58,514 nt of DNA from positions 1 to 58,514 of the forward strand of contig CAVHRL010000001.1 in assembly GCA_963638375.1 (NCBI GenBank). Reading direction: 5' to 3'. The DNA is from Lachnospiraceae bacterium (lineage in GTDB: Bacteria; Bacillota_I; Bacilli_A; Erysipelotrichales; Erysipelotrichaceae). The stretch's first letter is position 1. Each line of letters starts with the position of its first letter. Both the position numbers and the translations under genes were made by a program. Positions 34,908-44,035 of the stretch are shown piece after piece. The notes below the pieces were generated by a model that made no database searches, was not told the DNA's origin, and worked only from the letters and a program-made list of their open reading frames with translations.

Positions 34908-35070
34908 CAAACAAAGCGCCTCTTCTTTTTGAAGGAGTGTTATGAATATTCTTCATAACCCCACGAATTATATTTACCAACATAATCCGTTCGGCGATGG
35001 TTACCTTTCACTTGTTTCATTGTCCGTCGACTCCACAAGATACTCTTTTACATCGCTACCTCTTGTTTTG
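34908..35070 (-). ncRNA. Lysine (L-box) class riboswitch, atypical variant
   Basis: Minus strand AGAGG..GCG, AAGAGUA/GAAAGG loop-E, AUGAA kink-turn, CGCCGAA, UGGG, P4 with GAAUA loop, GCGCU closing P1; lies upstream of an amino-acid ABC operon. Confidence 0.85.
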
Positions 35071-35195
35071 ATTTTTACGAGTTCTATTTTTGCATAGAAA
35101 TGAATATAGTTCAATAGCTTTTTGAAAAAAGTTTTATTTCTTTCAATTATTTATGAAAATACTTTCATAAATAAAAGACTCTGTATTACCAGAGC

Positions 35196-36038
35196 CTAGA
35201 AGTGTCCGCCACCAGAATGCATTCCACCACTACTTGAGAAATGACTTCCTCCTGGAGATGATCCACCAGAATCATGGTCATCATGTTGTGGGATTGGTGT
35301 ACGTGTAACTGTTTGATATAAGAACATATCTCTTTGGTTTGTCAGATGTAAACCATTTTGAGTTACATAGTTATTCGCAGTGACTGCGATATGTTTTGTT
35401 TTATGCTTGCTTTTAAGAATAAGTACAACGATGAGTGCGATGCCAATTGGAACAACAACCATCGTCAACAACTTCATGTTTGTATTATCCGTAACGGCAT
35501 AATTATAATCATTTCCATAATTACTTCCATATGCCTCACCATGTTCTTCATAATAGTTCATTAAATATTGTGCTTTTTCAATGTAATCATGAATTGCTTG
35601 TTCATAATTATGTTCTTTTAAAGAAGCATACGCAGCTTGATCCATTTGATCCATGCCATCTAACGTAAACATTTCTTGATTTGCATTTCCAGGAATATAA
35701 ACTTGATAACTACCACCTTCATCTGTAAATGTAATCAATAACAATACACCATCAGATGTATCTCCATATCCAAGATCTTCCATAGAATAATATTCTTCAA
35801 TAAAATCATCCATATAGTCATAGGATTCGCCAGATGCATCTTGAATGATTCTTGCGTATACTCCAAAGGAATATTTTTCGGATACTTCTTTTGCGAGATG
35901 TTGTAACGAACTAGTTTGTTCATTTGTTAGTACACCATAGGTATCTTGTACATAAACATCACTTGAAGCGTGAATGGATGTAAATGGAATACAAAGGAAC
36001 AGTGTACAGAATACAATCATATTTCGAATTATTTTCAT
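35196..36038 (-). CDS. TPM-domain (DUF477) membrane protein, YdjH-like
   Basis: Signal peptide, YVQD..GVL, DGVLLLI, TM helix, D.FLY..VTR, Gly/Ser tail ending GGGHF. Confidence 0.85.
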   Translation of the reverse strand: MKIIRNMIVFCTLFLCIPFTSIHASSDVYVQDTYGVLTNEQTSSLQHLAKEVSEKYSFGVYARIIQDASGESYDYMDDFIEEYYSMEDLGYGDTSDGVLLLITFTDEGGSYQVYIPGNANQEMFTLDGMDQMDQAAYASLKEHNYEQAIHDYIEKAQYLMNYYEEHGEAYGSNYGNDYNYAVTDNTNMKLLTMVVVPIGIALIVVLILKSKHKTKHIAVTANNYVTQNGLHLTNQRDMFLYQTVTRTPIPQHDDHDSGGSSPGGSHFSSSGGMHSGGGHF

Positions 36039-36048
36039 AGTGAATACC

Positions 36049-37143
36049 TCATAACACGAATAACGCAATATACATCAGTGCGATACCAACAATTGTAATG
36101 ATCAAAAATAAACCAATCATTTTTTTGTAGTCTATTGGAAGATCATCACCAATCATTTTTCCTGTTTGTCCATTCATCGCAAACAAATAATTCTTTCCAT
36201 TATATTGTGTGGATAACATCCATACTGGTAAGAAAGCATAGTGTACTGTTCCTGGATGAATTTCTGTATTTTGTTTTTCAGGATTGCATGTAGCGTAACC
36301 TATAATTGTTTCTTCTAATAATTGTAGTGAAGTATTAGAAACTCTTTGATTGATACGGTCTTCATCTTCTTTAGAAGTAACATCATATTTATCAGCTAAG
36401 TATCCTGGTAAATAGGAGAGTTGAAATGGTACTAGATCTTGATAATCAAATGGTTCAATGGAATCCATAAAATCATCTGGCATTTTACTGGATGCATCTG
36501 CAGGTACTTTATTGAATGTAACGATACCATCTCTTTCAACACGGAAGTGATGAGTTGTCGTAACGATTTCATCTTTTGTGCTGTAGGAGGAAACTGTCGT
36601 AGCGTGTGCTCTTAAATGTGCAGATACACTTCCGTCATAAAGCCAGAAAGGAACATACACACCTTTGATTTCTTCGATGTGATTGTTTTCTGTAAATGCA
36701 TTTGGTAAAAATGGTTTATTTTTATAAAACTCTTTGAGTTGATTGATTGCATCTTCTTTTACGAGTTTAAAAGGAATGATATAATCTGGTTTTAATGATC
36801 CATCAAATTGTTTTGGAACAACAGTTGGATTACCACAATATGGACAACTTGTTGCGGCAGTGTTTTCATCCGCAATTAATTGTGCACCACAACTAGGACA
36901 TGTATATGCACGCATGGTCTTAGCTTCTTCTTCACTCCATTGTAAAGTTTCAGCAGCTTCTGCTTGTTTAGAAGCATCATCTACACTGATTGCTTCTTGA
37001 TTGGATTCATAGAATATTTTATCAATTTCATCAGTTGTGAAAGAAGAACCACATTGTTCACACTTCAATTTTTGAGTTACTGGATCAAATTTCAATGGTC
37101 CATTACAATTTGGACATTGATAGTTTGTTAATTGTTCAGCCAT
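36049..37143 (-). CDS. Double zinc-ribbon membrane protein, YdjG-like
   Basis: CPNC/CEQC and CPSC/CPYC; PD.IIPF, GVYVPFW, AMNGQTGK, C-terminal TM. Confidence 0.85.
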   Translation of the reverse strand: MAEQLTNYQCPNCNGPLKFDPVTQKLKCEQCGSSFTTDEIDKIFYESNQEAISVDDASKQAEAAETLQWSEEEAKTMRAYTCPSCGAQLIADENTAATSCPYCGNPTVVPKQFDGSLKPDYIIPFKLVKEDAINQLKEFYKNKPFLPNAFTENNHIEEIKGVYVPFWLYDGSVSAHLRAHATTVSSYSTKDEIVTTTHHFRVERDGIVTFNKVPADASSKMPDDFMDSIEPFDYQDLVPFQLSYLPGYLADKYDVTSKEDEDRINQRVSNTSLQLLEETIIGYATCNPEKQNTEIHPGTVHYAFLPVWMLSTQYNGKNYLFAMNGQTGKMIGDDLPIDYKKMIGLFLIITIVGIALMYIALFVL

Positions 37144-37154
37144 AGAATACCTCT

Positions 37155-37289
37155 CTATTTGTTCAAAATGTTAGCGAGAATATAAAGAATAATAAATAAC
37201 GCAATAGAAGAAAGACCTAATAGAATACCAATCAGATTGTTTGATTGTAATTGTCTTTTATATCTTTCTTGATCGATATGTTTGTTCAT
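37155..37289 (-). CDS. Putative 44-aa single-TM protein (not in the ORF track)
   Basis: MNKHIDQERYKRQLQSNNLIGILLGLSSIALFIILYILANILNK*; stop abuts the RBS of the next gene; weak RBS of its own. Confidence 0.5.
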   Translation of the reverse strand: MNKHIDQERYKRQLQSNNLIGILLGLSSIALFIILYILANILNK

Positions 37290-37321
37290 AACAAAGAAAG
37301 TCCCTCTTAGGGGACCTTTGA

Positions 37322-38497
37322 TTATGCAGGTTTCTTTTCCCCACAGTTATTACAGAAGTTTCCAGTATTTTCTGTATTACATTTTGGACAAATCCATTTT
37401 GCGTTAGTAGGATTAGCGGAACCACAATTTGTACAGAATTTACCAGAGTTGTTTGTACCACACTTTGGACAAATCCAACTTGTCTGAGGCGCGGATTGTT
37501 GAGAATTAAGTAAGGAATTGACATTCACCCCACCAGCACTTTGAGCAGCATTTAAACCAACAAATCCCATCGCAGCCCCATTAGCGTTATTTGCGGCATC
37601 ACGCATTGCTTGTGCTTGTGCACCAACCAAAGCAGCTCCAGCAAGTTGTTGATTTGTGTAGGCGGCATCTTTTTGCATTTGTTTGATAGTTGCTTCATCC
37701 TCTTCGCTAGCTTTGATAGAGGATACACCAAAGGATACGATTTCAATACCTCTTTGATCTTTCCATTTCTTAGATAATTCTTCATTTAATGCATCAGCTA
37801 ATTCTGTAGTATGTGCTGGAATTTCAGAGTAACGAACACCAGTAGCACCGATTTTAGCGAATGCAGGTTGTAAAGCAGTTAATAGTTCAGAACGCATTTG
37901 ATTTTCAATATCTGAAACTTTGTAACTATCAGAAACATTCGCACATACATTTGTATAGAACAGAATTGGATCTGTTACGCGAATAGAATATTCTCCAAAT
38001 GCTTTTAAAGATATATCTAAATCAATTCCTGCGCGTGTATCTACGACTCTAAATGGAACAGGGGAAGCAGTACCATATTTCATGCCTGTAATTTCTTTTG
38101 TGTTGAAATAATAAACACGTTGGTCTGCACCAGCTCCACCACCAAATGTAATTCTCTTCCCAATTTGAGCGAATACATCTTTAATAGAAGAAGATAGATT
38201 TTTGCCTGTGAAGATAGATGGTTCTGTCTTAGAATCATATTTATATTCACCAGGTTCTGCACAAATATCAACGACTTGACCTTGTTCAACAATGACCATA
38301 CATTGACCATCTGCCACAGCGATAATAGATCCATCAGAGATGATATTATCATTTCCATGGTTTCCAAATCCCTGTGTCTTTTTGTGTGCTTTTACACAAA
38401 TCGTATCAGCACTGATAGCATCACAATAGAAGTATTCTTTCCATTGGTCACGTAATGTGCCACTAGCGGCATTGAGTGTAGCTAAAATTAAACCCAT
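37322..38497 (-). CDS. SPFH/Band-7-like protein with C-terminal zinc ribbons, YdjI-like
   Basis: DQWKEYF, I.V..GQ.M, PGEY, QRVYYFN, two WICPKC...FC..CG repeats. Confidence 0.88.
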   Translation of the reverse strand: MGLILATLNAASGTLRDQWKEYFYCDAISADTICVKAHKKTQGFGNHGNDNIISDGSIIAVADGQCMVIVEQGQVVDICAEPGEYKYDSKTEPSIFTGKNLSSSIKDVFAQIGKRITFGGGAGADQRVYYFNTKEITGMKYGTASPVPFRVVDTRAGIDLDISLKAFGEYSIRVTDPILFYTNVCANVSDSYKVSDIENQMRSELLTALQPAFAKIGATGVRYSEIPAHTTELADALNEELSKKWKDQRGIEIVSFGVSSIKASEEDEATIKQMQKDAAYTNQQLAGAALVGAQAQAMRDAANNANGAAMGFVGLNAAQSAGGVNVNSLLNSQQSAPQTSWICPKCGTNNSGKFCTNCGSANPTNAKWICPKCNTENTGNFCNNCGEKKPA

Positions 38498-38612
38498 AAT
38501 AATCTCCTGTCTGTAGTAAAAACACTACTATTTGTATAAATATTGTATCAAAAAAGAATATATAAATGGATATGTAAAAACCAAATCATTTCTGACTTGG
38601 CTTTCTGTTTCT

Positions 38613-38897
38613 TTAGATACTTGTGTTAAAGCGATATCCTTGTTTCCAAAAAGAATCTAATGCGTTTGTTGGATAATTGATCTTTTGTAGTTTTTCTCTA
38701 ATATGACAGATATGAACACAGATAATTGATCTACAATTGAATGGTTCTTGTTTCCAAACATTTTTATAGATTTCTTCAGCTGTATGTATTTGATCTGGGT
38801 GATTCATGAGGAATGTTAAGATATCAAATTCTTTAGATGTGAAATGTTCTTCTTTTCCATTTTGATTGACTGTTAAGTTTTGTTTATTCAAAATCAT
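38613..38897 (-). CDS. Stand-alone OmpR-type winged-helix protein (no receiver domain)
   Basis: FTSKEFDIL.FL..HP...EEIY..VW...VHI.HIREKL...W.QGY. Confidence 0.8.
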   Translation of the reverse strand: MILNKQNLTVNQNGKEEHFTSKEFDILTFLMNHPDQIHTAEEIYKNVWKQEPFNCRSIICVHICHIREKLQKINYPTNALDSFWKQGYRFNTSI

Positions 38898-40401
38898 TGT
38901 TTTGGACCTCCTTTAGATAATCTGTAAGTGAATAATCTTTGTTTATGTTTTTCTCATAGCTATAAACATTGATTGTGATTGTGCTACAAGAATCTAGTTC
39001 TTTTAAATCTTCAATCGATAGAACTTGAGATGTATAGTATGTTGGACTGTATTTAATTGTTGCGTTATTCTTTTGATTTGAAATGTTGATAGAAGTTGTT
39101 GAATAATTGTAACTTTCAACATCAGCCTCTTTAAACCACTCATTGATTGCGTTTGTTCTTGTTTTTTCTAGGATGGAAATTGTGGAAGAATATTGACTAT
39201 CATTTAAATCACTTGTTGGAATAGAGAATGTAACATTCACTGTTACATCAGTATCCGCATCATATTCATTTACATTTTCTAATGTAGTATCTAGGTTATA
39301 TTCGTTTAAGCTATAGATTACAGTATCACCAGAAGATAGTGGATAGGTATAAGGAAGACCAAATCCTTTATTCATGTAGATGACTTTTCCACTGACTAAC
39401 GCAATGACCATAACGATGATGTAATACAATGTATTTTTCCAATAGAAACGTATCTTTCGTTTATAGATGAATAACGCAATGATATAAACAAAATACAAGA
39501 ATAGATATGCGATGATATAGATATCACTTAATCCTTCATGTGTGATTGAAAATCCTAAGTAGAATAGGGATATCAATAAATAATAATTGATGATAAATGG
39601 ATATGATAAGAATGTATCAGATATCTGTTCTGCACGCTCTGTTTTTCTTTCGATAAAGTGTTTTTTTAATAGATATATAGAAGCACATGCATAGATGACT
39701 AATAAAATCGTTTGGAAGAAAGAGAATGGTTCCATGTAAGTCATTGCGTTATCTAATGATGGAACAACATAACACATTAAATAAAATCCATTGTTAATGA
39801 CCATGGACGCTGGACATAAGTATGTCCATAGATTGACTTCATTCCCAACAAAATTAATTAACAGGATATTACAAATCGTATCTAATAAACATACTACCGC
39901 AACAGGAATAAATAGATACGCAAGTAACATGATTACACCATCTAATATATTGTTTGCGAATAGATAGATAGTGGAATTGATAAGTAACAAAACAAGAATA
40001 GAGAAAGCTACAAATACAACATTGATTAATAGATTTCCAAATATAATGTTGATCCTAGAAAAACATAATATTGTAGAAATACAAGTTGTAATTAAATAGT
40101 AACCAAAGATGATTAGAAATGAGAATACAATTGTTGTACATAATAACTCTTTTCTTTTGACTGGTAATGAGAAGTATAAATCACAACTTCTTTTACGGTG
40201 TACAAAAGAGAATAAGAATATTGGTAAAACAAAAGTCATCAAAATAGATAATATAAAACTACAACGTAATGAGAATTGATATGTTTCAGATGAATAAGTT
40301 ATGAAAGAGGACAAAGAAACTGCCATATACATAACAAGGAAGAATATCCATGCGATCTTTTTGTTTTGGAATAGATATTTTAAATATTTATTGTTGATCA
40401 T
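38884..40401 (-). CDS. ABC transporter permease (YtrC-like)
   Basis: Many TM segments; F.FVH.KRSCDLYFSLPV.R motif; follows the ABC ATPase. Confidence 0.8.
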   Translation of the reverse strand: MINNKYLKYLFQNKKIAWIFFLVMYMAVSLSSFITYSSETYQFSLRCSFILSILMTFVLPIFLFSFVHRKRSCDLYFSLPVKRKELLCTTIVFSFLIIFGYYLITTCISTILCFSRINIIFGNLLINVVFVAFSILVLLLINSTIYLFANNILDGVIMLLAYLFIPVAVVCLLDTICNILLINFVGNEVNLWTYLCPASMVINNGFYLMCYVVPSLDNAMTYMEPFSFFQTILLVIYACASIYLLKKHFIERKTERAEQISDTFLSYPFIINYYLLISLFYLGFSITHEGLSDIYIIAYLFLYFVYIIALFIYKRKIRFYWKNTLYYIIVMVIALVSGKVIYMNKGFGLPYTYPLSSGDTVIYSLNEYNLDTTLENVNEYDADTDVTVNVTFSIPTSDLNDSQYSSTISILEKTRTNAINEWFKEADVESYNYSTTSINISNQKNNATIKYSPTYYTSQVLSIEDLKELDSCSTITINVYSYEKNINKDYSLTDYLKEVQNNDFE

Positions 40402-41281
40402 GAGATTTCTCCTTTGCTTGTAATTCATAAATAAACAATTCTTCAAAGTTCACTTGTAATACATCTACGAGTAATGGATGCATTTCTTGAATCTTGGATA
40501 AAACAGTATTTTGATTTCCTTTTGCGACAAGTTTGTATACTCTTCCTTCATGATCTAAATGAAGAATATCAAATGCATCAAATGCGTTATCTTCTAATTC
40601 TTGATCAAATACAATTTGATACTTGTTGATGTTTTCTTTGGATTCTGTTAAATCACCGTATTCCATCATTTTTCCATCTTCTAAGATTCCAAATGAATCA
40701 CAAATATCTTCTAATTCTTTGAGATTGTGAGAAGAAATAATGACAGTAATTTGTTCATCTTCAATGAGCTGTGTTAATACATTCTTAAACTTATAACGTG
40801 CTAGTGGTTCTAGACCATCATAGGCTTCGTCTAAAAGTAATAGTTTTGGTTTCGTGCATAACGCAAATAACAAGGAAACTCTTCTTTTATTTCCTTTGGA
40901 TAGATTTACAATGGATGCATTTTCATCTAATTGAAATAACTCTAGATATTTTTTATAGTCTTCTTGAGAAAAACAATCGTATAAAGTTTCATATAATTGT
41001 TTTACGGATTTAATTGTTGAACCAACAGGGAAATAAGCTTCATCAGATACAAACGCAATTTCATTACGAACACGTTCATCTTCGTATGTATCAGAATCAT
41101 TGAACAAAATACATCCTTGTTCTGGTTCGTATACACCTGCGATACATCTTAATAATGTAGATTTACCTGCACCATTGATACCAACAAGTCCAAAGATCGT
41201 ACCTTCAGGTATTTCTAAACATAAATTATTTAATATTTGTTTGTTTCCAAATGATTTTTGTAGTTGATCGATTTTTAACAT
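40388..41281 (-). CDS. ABC transporter ATP-binding protein (YtrB-like)
   Basis: GINGAGKST, LSKG, LLDEA, SSH. Confidence 0.92.
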   Translation of the reverse strand: MLKIDQLQKSFGNKQILNNLCLEIPEGTIFGLVGINGAGKSTLLRCIAGVYEPEQGCILFNDSDTYEDERVRNEIAFVSDEAYFPVGSTIKSVKQLYETLYDCFSQEDYKKYLELFQLDENASIVNLSKGNKRRVSLLFALCTKPKLLLLDEAYDGLEPLARYKFKNVLTQLIEDEQITVIISSHNLKELEDICDSFGILEDGKMMEYGDLTESKENINKYQIVFDQELEDNAFDAFDILHLDHEGRVYKLVAKGNQNTVLSKIQEMHPLLVDVLQVNFEELFIYELQAKEKSHDQQ

Positions 41282-41631
41282 ATTTCCTCCTGATAGAGTA
41301 TTTCTATTGCGTCTAACAAATCTTTCTTTTGAATACCACTTTCTTTGAGTGGTTTTAATAAATGAAGTATTTGATTTTGTTGTTGATCTTGTACATTGAC
41401 TTCTGAAACATAAACACCTTTTTTAGGAATGTTATGTACATAGCCATTCTTTTCTAATTCAATGTAAGCCTTAGATACGGTATTTGGATTAATGCCATTT
41501 TCTTGGGCTAGTTGTCGTACACTAGGTAAACGATCACCTGGTGATAAAACGCCAGCTTTTATAAAACGCAGAATCTGTGTTTGTATTTGTTCAAATATAG
41601 GTTCTTTACTTTGCGTGTTAATTAGGAACAT
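41275..41631 (-). CDS. GntR-family regulator, YtrA subfamily
   Basis: PIFEQI, LPSVRQLA, INPNTV.KAY..LE; short C terminus. Confidence 0.92.
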   Translation of the reverse strand: MFLINTQSKEPIFEQIQTQILRFIKAGVLSPGDRLPSVRQLAQENGINPNTVSKAYIELEKNGYVHNIPKKGVYVSEVNVQDQQQNQILHLLKPLKESGIQKKDLLDAIEILYQEEIC

Positions 41632-41643
41632 AGATTCTCCTTT

Positions 41644-41689
41644 CTGTACTATCTGTATAAACTGTACTATCTGTACTATTCTAAGTCAA
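41644..41689 (-). promoter_or_regulatory. Promoter with overlapping YtrA-type direct-repeat operator
   Basis: Minus strand TTGACT-N17-TACAGT; CTGTACTATCTGTA repeated at 41644 and 41662. Confidence 0.75.
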
Positions 41690-41737
41690 TACAGAAATTA
41701 TTAAGAAAGTAAGTTTGGAAAAATAGAAAAGAAGCAC

Positions 41738-41765
41738 TTGCGAATTCTTGGAAAAGTGCTAAAAT
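41738..41765 (+). promoter_or_regulatory. tRNA promoter
   Basis: TTGCGA-N16-TAAAAT with extended TG. Confidence 0.6.
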
Positions 41766-41774
41766 AATTTCACT

Positions 41775-41850
41775 GCCTTAATAGCTCAGTCGGTAGAGCA
41801 CCTGGCTGTTAACCAGGGTGTCACAGGTTCGAGTCCTGTTTAAGGCGCCA
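41775..41850 (+). tRNA. tRNA-Asn(GTT)
   Basis: 76-nt cloverleaf: GCCTTAA/TTAAGGC acceptor, CCTGG-CT-GTT-AA-CCAGG anticodon arm, GTTCGA, encoded CCA. Confidence 0.97.
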
Positions 41851-41856
41851 TATCTA

Positions 41857-41883
41857 GCATGCACTTCGGTGTGTGCTTTTTTT
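41857..41883 (+). terminator. tRNA terminator
   Basis: GCATGCAC-TTCG-GTGTGTGC followed by T7. Confidence 0.85.
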
Positions 41884-41949
41884 GTGTATTTTGTTAGTTA
41901 ATAATTCAAAGAATAAATGATATATTAAAGCGATGAAGATGAGGGAAAC

Positions 41950-42297
41950 ATGGATAAAGTAGAAAAGAAACGTTTGAAGGAACAACATGTAGTAGAAGAA
42001 ATGATTCATTTGTATTGTAGAAAGAATCATAAGGAATATCACGATGGACATTTATGTGACTCCTGTCAGGAATTACTAGAATATTCGCAAAGTAGAAGTC
42101 AACATTGTCCATTCATGGAACAGAAGACTTTTTGTGCAAATTGTAAGGTGCATTGTTATAAACCAGAGATGAGAGAAAAAATACGTCAAGTAATGCGATA
42201 TTCTGGGCCAAGAATGTTATTCTATCATCCATTATTAGCGATATGGCATTTGATTTGTAGCAAGAAAGAAGCAAAGAAACAGGTGAAACATGATTAA
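41950..42297 (+). CDS. YgbA-like ('nitrous oxide-stimulated promoter') Cys-rich protein
   Basis: MI.LYC..H, LC.SC..L..Y, CP, FC.NC.VHCYKP, MRYSGPRM. Confidence 0.85.
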   Translation: MDKVEKKRLKEQHVVEEMIHLYCRKNHKEYHDGHLCDSCQELLEYSQSRSQHCPFMEQKTFCANCKVHCYKPEMREKIRQVMRYSGPRMLFYHPLLAIWHLICSKKEAKKQVKHD

Positions 42298-44035
42298 AAC
42301 TAGATTGATTAAATTATTATCTGATGCAAAGAAGTACATTGTTTTTACGATCCTTTGGCAATGGATCAGTTTAATAGCACAAGTAGTAATGGTATTTACA
42401 CTTGCGGATCTATTAGAAAATGTGGTGTATCAAACAACAACGATTGAAATGATACAAAAAGATCTGATTGTGTTTGTTTGTGTGATTGTTGTTCGATTTG
42501 TTTGTGAAAAGATGATTGTAAGATGTACATATCTTTCTAGCGTGGATGTAAAACGAATCCTAAGAGAGAAAATTTACGAAAAGATGTTAAAACTTGGAGC
42601 ATCTTACAATGAGCAGGTTGCTTCTTCTGAAGTAGTTCAAGTTTCTACAGAAGGTGTAGAACAATTAGAAACGTATTTTGGAAAGTATTTACCACAGTTG
42701 TTTTATAGCTTATTAGCACCAATTACATTATTTGTGATATTAAGCAGGGTTAGTTTCAAGGCGAGCGTAGTTTTATTGATTTGTGTACCTTTGATTCCTA
42801 TTTCTATTGTTGTTGTACAAAAGATAGCGAAGAAACTACTCAATAAATATTGGAGTGTTTATACAGGATTAGGAGATTCTTTTTTAGAGAATTTACAAGG
42901 GTTAACGACTTTGAAAATCTATCAAGCAGATCAAAAGAAAGCGGATGAGATGGATGAAGAATCTCAGAGATTTAGAAAGATCACAATGAAAGTATTAACA
43001 ATGCAATTGAATTCTACAAGTGTGATGGATATTGTCGCTTATGGTGGTGCAGCAGTTGGTATGGCAGTTGCTTTATCAGAGTACTTAAAAGGGAATGTTA
43101 GTATTGCGGGAGTGATTTGTATCGTTTTATTAGCGAGTGAGTTTTTCTTGCCTTTAAGATTACTGGGATCTTATTTCCATATCGCAATGAATGGTATGGC
43201 GGCGAGTGATAAGATCTTTAAGATTTTAGATTTAGAAGAAAATGTGAATGGTGAAATATGTTTACCAGATGGTCCATTGAACATTGAAATGAATGATGTT
43301 CATTTCTCTTATGAAGAAGATCGAGAAATCTTAAAAGGAATTGATTTGAATTTGCCTGTTGGAAGTTTTATTTCTTTAGTTGGTGAGTCAGGTTGTGGGA
43401 AAAGTACAATCGCTGGAATCTTATCTGGAAAGAATAGAAATTATACAGGTAGTGTTAAGATACAAGGATGTGAATTATCTGAAATCAATGAAAGTGATTT
43501 GATGGAACATGTAGTTCTTGTGCGTCATAACAGTTATTTGTTTAAAGGTACCGTTGAAGAAAATCTAAGAATGGCAAAAGCAGATGCTACGAAAGAAGAA
43601 ATGGAAAGTGTTTTAGAGAAAGTGAATCTTTTGGGCTTCTTAAATACACAATCTGGTTTACAAACACAGTTATTAGAAAAAGCGAGTAATTTATCTGGTG
43701 GGCAGTGTCAAAGGTTGGTGATTGCTAGAGCGTTGTTGAAAGAAAATAGTCAAATTTATATCTTTGATGAAGCTACATCCAATATTGACATAGAGAGTGA
43801 AGAAATCATCATGGATGTCATTCATGAACTTGCGAAAGTTAAGACCGTGCTATTGATTTCTCATAGACTCGCTAATGTAGTTTCTTCTAATCAAATCTAT
43901 TTTATGAAAGATGGAGAAATCAAAGAGAGTGGAACACATGAAGAGTTGATCCAAATGAATGGTTCTTATAAACAATTGTATGAAAGTCAAATGAAACTAG
44001 AACAATATGGACAAGGGGGTTTTGAAAATGCATAA
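42290..44035 (+). CDS. ABC exporter TMD-NBD fusion, CydD-like
   Basis: [35 protein letters not shown]. Confidence 0.85.
   Translation: MIKTRLIKLLSDAKKYIVFTILWQWISLIAQVVMVFTLADLLENVVYQTTTIEMIQKDLIVFVCVIVVRFVCEKMIVRCTYLSSVDVKRILREKIYEKMLKLGASYNEQVASSEVVQVSTEGVEQLETYFGKYLPQLFYSLLAPITLFVILSRVSFKASVVLLICVPLIPISIVVVQKIAKKLLNKYWSVYTGLGDSFLENLQGLTTLKIYQADQKKADEMDEESQRFRKITMKVLTMQLNSTSVMDIVAYGGAAVGMAVALSEYLKGNVSIAGVICIVLLASEFFLPLRLLGSYFHIAMNGMAASDKIFKILDLEENVNGEICLPDGPLNIEMNDVHFSYEEDREILKGIDLNLPVGSFISLVGESGCGKSTIAGILSGKNRNYTGSVKIQGCELSEINESDLMEHVVLVRHNSYLFKGTVEENLRMAKADATKEEMESVLEKVNLLGFLNTQSGLQTQLLEKASNLSGGQCQRLVIARALLKENSQIYIFDEATSNIDIESEEIIMDVIHELAKVKTVLLISHRLANVVSSNQIYFMKDGEIKESGTHEELIQMNGSYKQLYESQMKLEQYGQGGFENA

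Noticed and set aside
34753..34983. 76-aa ORF and the extended N terminus of the binding protein
   Set aside because: They lie within the riboswitch and attenuator; the lipoprotein signal starts at 34829.
37258..37524. 88-aa ORF overlapping the SPFH gene end
   Set aside because: Alternate frame without an RBS; no slippery-site evidence for frameshifting.
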